This document shows positions 26,403-32,000 of a stretch of 32,000 nt of DNA, piece after piece. Position 1 is the first letter of the stretch; every line of letters starts with the position of its first letter. The stretch comes from Candidatus Syntropharchaeum caldarium. GTDB lineage: Archaea; Halobacteriota; Syntropharchaeia; Syntropharchaeales; Syntropharchaeaceae. The stretch spans positions 234,577 to 266,576 of the forward strand of contig LYOS01000002.1 in the NCBI GenBank assembly GCA_001766815.1. The letters are read 5' to 3'. The position numbers and the translations under genes were made by a program. Under the pieces are notes generated by a model. That model was not told the DNA's origin. It did not search any database and was given only the letters and a program-made list of their open reading frames with translations.

Positions 26403-27098
26403 TCAGGCGGTTGCAGGCATGTAGTAAATCTCCTCGAACGGCTGGATCACGACAAAGCCATCGCCATCAAACTTCATCTGGATCGTCTCACCGCTGGTTC
26501 TGCCAACCAGTGTCTTCAGCGAGATGTCAGCCTTCAGATCCGGGGCAAGATTTGATGACCACGCAACAGTCGCATTTGGATCGGTAAAAACAGGCTCACC
26601 TGGCTTAACGATCAATGTTACAGGATCGTAGTGGGTGGTTATCGCGATCATCCCCTCTCCTTCAAGCCTGACATTGAAAATCCCGCCTGCAAGCATCCCT
26701 GTTACCTTTTTCATCATCGTAATATCCCATTTGATTGACTCCTGGAACGCGAGGAGGTCATTTCCGTTGACTGTGATGGATTCGCTCTGAAGGTCTATCA
26801 CAGAGATCTTCTTACCGCTGTCTGCAAGATAGAGATTTCCCTTTCCTTCTGCCTTTGTTAACATTGTCCCCTCGCCTGTGACCGCCTTCTTCAGCATCTT
26901 GCCGAGACCATGCTCAAGTACACCCTCACGGGTGAACTTAATACTGCCATTGTATGCAATCATCGACCCCATCTTTATCCATACTTTTCCATCGAGCTGA
27001 ATCTCGAGCGTTCGATCATTCTCAAGCTCAAACGGTCCTCCCCCTCGATCCCGCTCTGACGTGGCACGGACAAACTCTTCTATAGAAAATTTACTCAT
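26403..27098 (-). CDS. AIM24/DUF124 family protein
   Basis: 231 aa with the repetitive beta pattern typical of AIM24 (LEIQLDGKVWIKMGSMIAYNGSIKFT...LYLADSG...FNVRLEGEGMIAI). AGGGGGA lies 6 nt upstream of the ATG. Confidence 0.65.
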   Translation of the reverse strand: MSKFSIEEFVRATSERDRGGGPFELENDRTLEIQLDGKVWIKMGSMIAYNGSIKFTREGVLEHGLGKMLKKAVTGEGTMLTKAEGKGNLYLADSGKKISVIDLQSESITVNGNDLLAFQESIKWDITMMKKVTGMLAGGIFNVRLEGEGMIAITTHYDPVTLIVKPGEPVFTDPNATVAWSSNLAPDLKADISLKTLVGRTSGETIQMKFDGDGFVVIQPFEEIYYMPATA

Positions 27099-27140
27099 AG
27101 GAATCCCCCTGATAACCTGTAAAATATATTGGATATAGGT

Positions 27141-27148
27141 TATATAAA
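27141..27148 (-). promoter_or_regulatory. Candidate TATA box for the AIM24-led minus-strand gene string
   Basis: The minus strand reads TATTTATATAACC, 43 nt upstream of the ATG at 27098. Confidence 0.35.
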
Positions 27149-27188
27149 TATGTGTGGTCTGAACGCGCGAAAAAATGCAGGTAACCTA

Positions 27189-27196
27189 TTTATATA
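27189..27196 (+). promoter_or_regulatory. Candidate TATA box for rpl15e-rtcA
   Basis: AACCTATTTATATACCCC lies 54 nt upstream of the ATG at 27250. It is divergent from the AIM24 promoter candidate. Confidence 0.4.
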
Positions 27197-27249
27197 CCCC
27201 TGCAATGAATTACACTAAAATTATCAATTGATTTCATGGGTGTACAAAG

Positions 27250-27813
27250 ATGTCAAGACCTTTCTACAACTATATCGGCGATGCATGGGCACGCCCGAAG
27301 GATACATATGTGGGTGAACTGCTCTGGGAGCGGATGCAGACCTGGAGACGTGAGCGAGCATCGGTCAGGGTGAGTCGCCCGACAAGACTCGATCGTGCAC
27401 GCAGACTCGGTTACAGAGCTAAACAGGGGATAATTGTTGTAAGAACACGGATCAGACGTGGTGGCAGACGAAAGTCCAGATATGTCAGGGGAAGGCGCAC
27501 AAAAAGAATGGGTCAATACCGCATTACGCCAAGAAAAAGCCTTCAACGCATAGCAGAGGAGCGCACTGCAAGAAAATATCCAAATATGGAAGTTTTAAAC
27601 TCATACTGGGTGGGTTCGGATGGAAAGCGGAAGTGGTATGAGGTGATACTCGTTGATCCCGCACATCCCGCGATCAGAGCAGATCCTCAGTTCAAATGGC
27701 TCAAAAATCCTTCGAACAGAGGTAGAGTCTTCAGAGGAAAGACAAGCGCCGGAAAAAAAGGTAGAGGACTCAGAAAGCGTGGAATTGGGTCAGAGAAGGC
27801 AACAGTAAGGTAG
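27250..27813 (+). CDS. rpl15e: 50S ribosomal protein L15e
   Basis: 187 aa, highly basic. [10 protein letters not shown]...[18 protein letters not shown]...RRGGRRK matches the L15e family. Confidence 0.95.
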   Translation: MSRPFYNYIGDAWARPKDTYVGELLWERMQTWRRERASVRVSRPTRLDRARRLGYRAKQGIIVVRTRIRRGGRRKSRYVRGRRTKRMGQYRITPRKSLQRIAEERTARKYPNMEVLNSYWVGSDGKRKWYEVILVDPAHPAIRADPQFKWLKNPSNRGRVFRGKTSAGKKGRGLRKRGIGSEKATVR

Positions 27814-28812
27814 ATGATCGAGATCGATGGTTCGATGGGTGAGGGCGGTGGGCAGATCATACGAACCGCGATCGCATTTGCAACGATCACAGAAACACCT
27901 GTAAAGATCAGAAACATACGAGTCGGACGCCCGAAACCAGGGCTTGCCATGCAACATCTCACGGGCATCGAGTTTCTCGCAAAGCTCACAGATGCAACGG
28001 TTGAGGGGCTTAAACTCGGATCAAAAGAGCTTTTCTTTGCGCCGCACAGGGTACGAGGTGGTAAATTTGATCTTGATATAAAGACCGCGGGGAGTATCAC
28101 ACTCTTTCTTCAGACGGTGATCCCTGCCTTGCTGGACTCAGATGAGAGGCTTGAGATCACGATAAAAGGCGGCACGGATGTCAGATGGTCTCCACCAATC
28201 GATTTTTACAGGTTTCTGCTGATACCTGTCCTGCGTAAGATGGGAGCAGATATCGAGATTGAACTGCTTAGACGGGGTTACTATCCAAAGGGTAATGGCC
28301 TTGTCCGTGCTCTGATAAATTCATCAAAACTGAGGGGTATTACGCCTGAAGCACAGATGAACAAAAGAGTCAAAGGAATCTCGCATGCTTCAAACCTTCC
28401 TGAACATGTGGTCAGACGTCAGGCAGATAGTGCAGAAGCAAAACTTCTTGAGCATGGGATAAGTGCATCGATAGAGCTTGAAAGCACACAGGAAATCTCA
28501 ACAGGCTCAGGGATATTTTTATACAGCGGATATAAAAGTGGGAGTGCGCTCGGAGAGCGTGGTAAACGTGCAGAGGTTGTGGGCGCTGAGGCGGCTGAAA
28601 ACATCCTGTCTGAGCTTGGCACAGCCGCAAGAGTGGATATATACCTTGCAGATCAGCTCATACCATATATGGCACTTGCAGAGGGGAGATCAGAGATAAG
28701 CGTGCGTGAGATGACAGGACACCTTAAAACCAATATTTCTGTGGTTGAGGCTTTTATGGGGCGGATCTTTGATGTTGAAACGCGTGAAGGTATTATACAC
28801 ATCATGACCTGA
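27814..28812 (+). CDS. rtcA: RNA 3'-terminal phosphate cyclase
   Basis: 332 aa with MIEIDGSMGEGGGQIIRTAIAFA...IRNIRVGRPKPGL and a C-terminal histidine context (MTGHLKTN). Its ATG directly abuts the rpl15e TAG stop. Confidence 0.9.
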   Translation: MIEIDGSMGEGGGQIIRTAIAFATITETPVKIRNIRVGRPKPGLAMQHLTGIEFLAKLTDATVEGLKLGSKELFFAPHRVRGGKFDLDIKTAGSITLFLQTVIPALLDSDERLEITIKGGTDVRWSPPIDFYRFLLIPVLRKMGADIEIELLRRGYYPKGNGLVRALINSSKLRGITPEAQMNKRVKGISHASNLPEHVVRRQADSAEAKLLEHGISASIELESTQEISTGSGIFLYSGYKSGSALGERGKRAEVVGAEAAENILSELGTAARVDIYLADQLIPYMALAEGRSEISVREMTGHLKTNISVVEAFMGRIFDVETREGIIHIMT

Positions 28813-29755
28813 AACCTGCTTCCTTCACTCCGATAATATCAACCCCAACGGTATTTATTCTGACGAGGATTGAAAAGGCAAAGGCGGTTGCTGGATCAAT
28901 CCCAAGAAGCGTAAAGATCCCTGTTGTGCCACCCTCCATCAGACCAAAACCAGCGGGCGTTAACGGCACAAACGCAAGTAGTGATAGGAGTGGGTGTAAG
29001 AGGAAGTATGTGAGAAATGAAAGCTCAATCCCGAGTGCTCTGCCAAGAAACATCCACTGGAGTGCGACACATACCCAGCCGATCATGTGAAGCAGAAGTA
29101 TGAACGGAATCTCGGATCTGATCTTGAAACTCTCTTCTTTGAGGTGCGAGAACTCGTTGAGAAATCGCTTCATGAGTGGTATCTTTGCGATGATCTTGAG
29201 TGAAGATTCCTCAGAACTCCATAAAAAGATGAGGATACCAATACCAAGAAGCAGAAAGATTGCACCTGCACCGAGCAGGGGTTTTATTATTGCATTATCG
29301 ATGTTTGATATTAGAAGGACGATCCCAAGTAGGCTACCAATAACTTTCAGTATGAACTCAATACCCTGCGGTGCAAGGATCGCTGCCATACCACCTGTTA
29401 CGGTCAGGTTCTCACCCTTCCTTTTGAGAAAGATCGGTGTCAGGAAATAGCCACTTCTTGCAGGAGTTACATCAGATGCGATCATGCCACCCATATGCGA
29501 GAAGAAGACATCTCTGTATGGCAGGTTTTCCTTGCTTATCACCTTCATGAGGTATCTTAGACGGATTGCCATGAACGTGTTGTAGGTTAGATAAGCACAT
29601 CCTGCAAGGATAAAGTACCTGAGTTTAACCTGCGTCAACGATTCATATATCTCACCTGGTCCAAGTTTGAAGAGTATAAAGGTGATGATTATGATGCCGA
29701 ATACAATCTGAACCACTCGTTTCCTCATCACGTATCTCAGAAAAAGAGAAAACAT
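28802..29755 (-). CDS. UPF0104/LPG-synthase-TM-like (flippase-like) polytopic membrane protein
   Basis: 317 aa, about 8 TM helices, with the N-terminal pattern KRVVQIVFGIIIITFILFKLGPGEI typical of UPF0104. TTATAGG lies about 25 nt upstream of the ATG, suggesting a leaderless mRNA. It overlaps the rtcA 3' end convergently by 11 nt. Confidence 0.6.
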   Translation of the reverse strand: MFSLFLRYVMRKRVVQIVFGIIIITFILFKLGPGEIYESLTQVKLRYFILAGCAYLTYNTFMAIRLRYLMKVISKENLPYRDVFFSHMGGMIASDVTPARSGYFLTPIFLKRKGENLTVTGGMAAILAPQGIEFILKVIGSLLGIVLLISNIDNAIIKPLLGAGAIFLLLGIGILIFLWSSEESSLKIIAKIPLMKRFLNEFSHLKEESFKIRSEIPFILLLHMIGWVCVALQWMFLGRALGIELSFLTYFLLHPLLSLLAFVPLTPAGFGLMEGGTTGIFTLLGIDPATAFAFSILVRINTVGVDIIGVKEAGFRS

Positions 29756-29828
29756 GGGAGTATTTAACCTCTATGCCCTCCTATAACATTTGAGTTCGCA
29801 GTAACGAGACCGCCATGAGAGCGGATAA

Positions 29829-29837
29829 TTTTATTAA
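29829..29837 (+). promoter_or_regulatory. Candidate TATA box for the RHH-KaiC gene
   Basis: TTTTATTAA lies about 43 nt upstream of ATG 29880, which has GGGG 9 nt upstream. This argues against the track start at 29841. Confidence 0.3.
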
Positions 29838-29879
29838 GTAATGTCATATAATATAATGTTAAGTGTAGGGGAAATAATC

Positions 29880-30722
29880 ATGAACAAGCAACGAATACAC
29901 ACCACCATTGACGATGAGGCATACAAGATACTACTGAAGTATGAAGAGCAGTGGGGTGGAAAGAACGCAGTGCTTGAGGCTGCGTTGAAAGGGCTTGATA
30001 GGGGACATAAGGCAAAGCTTGATATAAAGAGCTATGAGAAGATCGGGCGAAAGAGCAGCGGGATACCGACATTAGATCAGATGATAGAAGGGGGTTTTCC
30101 GAAGAACTTTGTCGTTGTTGTGACGGGCCCTCCAGGTACAGGTAAGACAACATTCGGGATGCAGTTTCTGGTTGAGGGGATCAAAAACGGCGAAAGAGGT
30201 ATTTTCTTCTCCTTTGAAGAGGATTCCGAACAGCTTGCGAATCATTGCCTCCGATTTGGCTGGAATCTTCGAGAATATGCAGAAAATGGGCAGCTTGTAA
30301 TATACGGGCTTTCCATGATCACGGTAAACGATGTAATTGAGGCGGTAGAGGAGTACAAACCATCGAGGGTGGTAATAGACTCCATAAATCTTCTCACAGA
30401 TTTCGGTTCAGCTTCTTCACTCCGACAGAACTCGATGGTGCGAAACCTCCTGAAACTCCTCAAACGCGAACGGGCCACAACAATAATCACAACTGAGAAG
30501 ACACATGGGCTTGAGAAGAAAGCATTTGATCAGTTTGACTTTATGGGAGACGGTTTAATCTTCCTTGATCGCACAACAGTCAATGATATGGATGTTTTTC
30601 TAATCAAGGTTCAGAAGATGCGGGGAACAAAGATCACCGGGCAGACGAAGGTATTTGAGATGACAGATGAGGGGATCGCGGTCTCATTGGACTTCAGCCC
30701 AGGAATTTTCGACATCAAATAA
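29880..30722 (+). CDS. Single-domain KaiC-like (RecA-superfamily) ATPase with an N-terminal ribbon-helix-helix-like extension
   Basis: It has Walker A GPPGTGKT, catalytic FSFEED and Walker B RVVIDS in a KaiC-like layout. The N-terminal ~45 aa (RIHTTIDDEAYKILLKYEEQWGGKNAVLEAALKGL) fit a CopG/Arc strand-helix-helix pattern. Confidence 0.75.
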   Translation: MNKQRIHTTIDDEAYKILLKYEEQWGGKNAVLEAALKGLDRGHKAKLDIKSYEKIGRKSSGIPTLDQMIEGGFPKNFVVVVTGPPGTGKTTFGMQFLVEGIKNGERGIFFSFEEDSEQLANHCLRFGWNLREYAENGQLVIYGLSMITVNDVIEAVEEYKPSRVVIDSINLLTDFGSASSLRQNSMVRNLLKLLKRERATTIITTEKTHGLEKKAFDQFDFMGDGLIFLDRTTVNDMDVFLIKVQKMRGTKITGQTKVFEMTDEGIAVSLDFSPGIFDIK

Positions 30723-32000
30723 GGGAGAGTTCACGTTTTCGCTGTTCGATCATTCGTTTAACCTCTTCGGGAGCAGGACCACCTGTCACTTTCCTTTTGT
30801 TGACGCTCAGCATGGGATCAAGCACATCTCTGAGCGTTGCTTCATCAAGTTCCTCGATCGCATACCCCTCACTCACAGCCTTCCCAACGATTTTGTGAGC
30901 AGTTCTGAAAGGTAGCCCCTTCTCACGTACAAGCGCATCTGCAAGATCGGTTGCCATCAGATCGCCAAGTTCAAGCTTTGATCGCATTGAGTCTCTTTTG
31001 ACCTTCATGCTCCTGATCATTCGCTCCATCCCCGATACTGATGCCGCTGTTATTGTCACTGCCTTTATAAGGTGGGGCGTGAGTTCCTGGAGATCGCGGT
31101 TGTAGCTCATCGGCATTGCTTTCATGATCGTGAGTGCTGCAGTGAGTGCTCCATTAACCGTACCTGTTTTCGCACGTATAAGCTCTGCAAGGTCTGGATT
31201 TTTTTTCTGAGGCATTATTGAGCTTGTACTTGTAACGGTATCATCAAGCTCGATCATATCAAAGCCCTGACTGCTCCACAGGATCAACTCTTCAGAAAGT
31301 CGTGAGAGGTGCATCATGATGATTGCAGATACACTGATAGCCTCGATAAGAAAATCTCGTGCGCTCACAGCATCCATAGAGTTCTCAACAAGTCCTTCAA
31401 ATCCTAAAAGCTCCATTGTGCGCCTCCGATCGATCGGAAAGCTCGTGGATGCAAATGCGGCTGCACCAAGTGGTGATCTGTTTGTACGACTGTATACCCC
31501 ACCCAGCCGTTCAAGATCGCGGCTCAGGGCATCGAAATGTGCGAGCAGGTGGTGTGCAAGGGTTGTTGGCTGAGCAAATTGCAGATGTGTAAAACCAGGC
31601 ATTATGGTTTCCAGATGCTCTTCAGCACGCAGAAGAATTGTTCGCCTCAGGTCGTTCAGCTTATCAATCAGTTTCTCAAGTTCTTCCCTCAGTGCGATCC
31701 TGATACACGTTGCAACCTCATCGTTTCGTGATCTCGCAGTATGCATCCGCCCGCCTGCGTCCTCACCGATAAGCTCAATAAGTCGTGATTCCACGCATGC
31801 ATGAATATCCTCATACTCTTCAAGATTGAGTGCATCGATACCAGCTTCTTCGATCTGGTCAAGCCCTTCTAAGATGAGCGATGCATCTTTCTCACTTATG
31901 ATCCCATTTTCAAGAAGCATTCTTGTATGCGCTCTATCAACTGCCAGATCTGCCTTGAAGATCCACCGGTCTGCCTCGATCGACTGCATGAACTCAAGTG
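30715..32000 (-). CDS. argH: Argininosuccinate lyase, N-terminus beyond the right edge
   Basis: The frame stays open upstream of the track start (..LEFMQSIEADRWIFKADLAVDRAHTRML). It has the fumarase/lyase signature SSIMPQKKNPD and TARSRNDEVAT. It overlaps the KaiC-like gene 3' end convergently by 8 nt. Confidence 0.9.
   Translation of the reverse strand, partial: LEFMQSIEADRWIFKADLAVDRAHTRMLLENGIISEKDASLILEGLDQIEEAGIDALNLEEYEDIHACVESRLIELIGEDAGGRMHTARSRNDEVATCIRIALREELEKLIDKLNDLRRTILLRAEEHLETIMPGFTHLQFAQPTTLAHHLLAHFDALSRDLERLGGVYSRTNRSPLGAAAFASTSFPIDRRRTMELLGFEGLVENSMDAVSARDFLIEAISVSAIIMMHLSRLSEELILWSSQGFDMIELDDTVTSTSSIMPQKKNPDLAELIRAKTGTVNGALTAALTIMKAMPMSYNRDLQELTPHLIKAVTITAASVSGMERMIRSMKVKRDSMRSKLELGDLMATDLADALVREKGLPFRTAHKIVGKAVSEGYAIEELDEATLRDVLDPMLSVNKRKVTGGPAPEEVKRMIEQRKRELSLI

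Noticed and set aside
1-32000. Search for mobile-element hallmarks (integrase, transposase, flanking direct repeats, tRNA targets) and recoding signals (in-frame TAG/TGA in conserved genes)
   Set aside because: No such ORFs or interrupted conserved genes were seen. All family-assigned genes read through uninterrupted, so the window looks like core chromosome rather than an island.

Overview
Dense archaeal chromosomal window of about 31 protein genes, most on the minus strand, with short AT-rich spacers carrying TATA-like boxes and oligo-T tracts. I saw no rRNA, tRNA, CRISPR array, transposase or integrase. All calls come from reading the ORF translations for family motifs; no homology search was possible.

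Gene content (MptA for methanopterin, an Ahb-type haem radical SAM enzyme next to hemD, form III RuBisCO with AMP phosphorylase and ribose-1,5-bisphosphate isomerase, L15e) points to a methanogen- or ANME-like euryarchaeon.

Layout:
- 1-1798: edge of a type III CRISPR-Cas locus. cas6 is followed by a partial cas10 found by hand translation.
- 2015-10852: convergent chemotaxis region. Plus strand: membrane protein with a KaiC-like domain lacking a P-loop, CheF-like protein, CheY. Minus strand: soluble PAS-MCP, CheW, PAS histidine kinase, CheA, CheD.
- 11031-13484: mptA plus two divergent tatC paralogs.
- 13517-15982: four-gene operon of two Roadblock/LC7 proteins, a 444-aa acidic PATAN/DUF4388-like protein and a small membrane protein.
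- 16151-19927: tightly coupled R15P isomerase, RuBisCO and AMP phosphorylase operon.
- 20121-27098: P-type ATPase, aminotransferase, radical SAM/SPASM, hemD, DUF4352-like and AIM24-like genes.
- 27250-32000: rpl15e-rtcA, a UPF0104 membrane protein, an RHH-KaiC fusion and partial argH.

Best candidates for an undescribed system:
- the GTPase-less Roadblock/PATAN/membrane operon;
- the reciprocally degenerate divergent TatC pair;
- the atypical che cluster, with an embedded HK, Cys-triad PAS domains, a degenerate membrane KaiC-like protein next to CheF, and no CheB/CheR/CheC.

GATC also looks strongly over-represented across the window.
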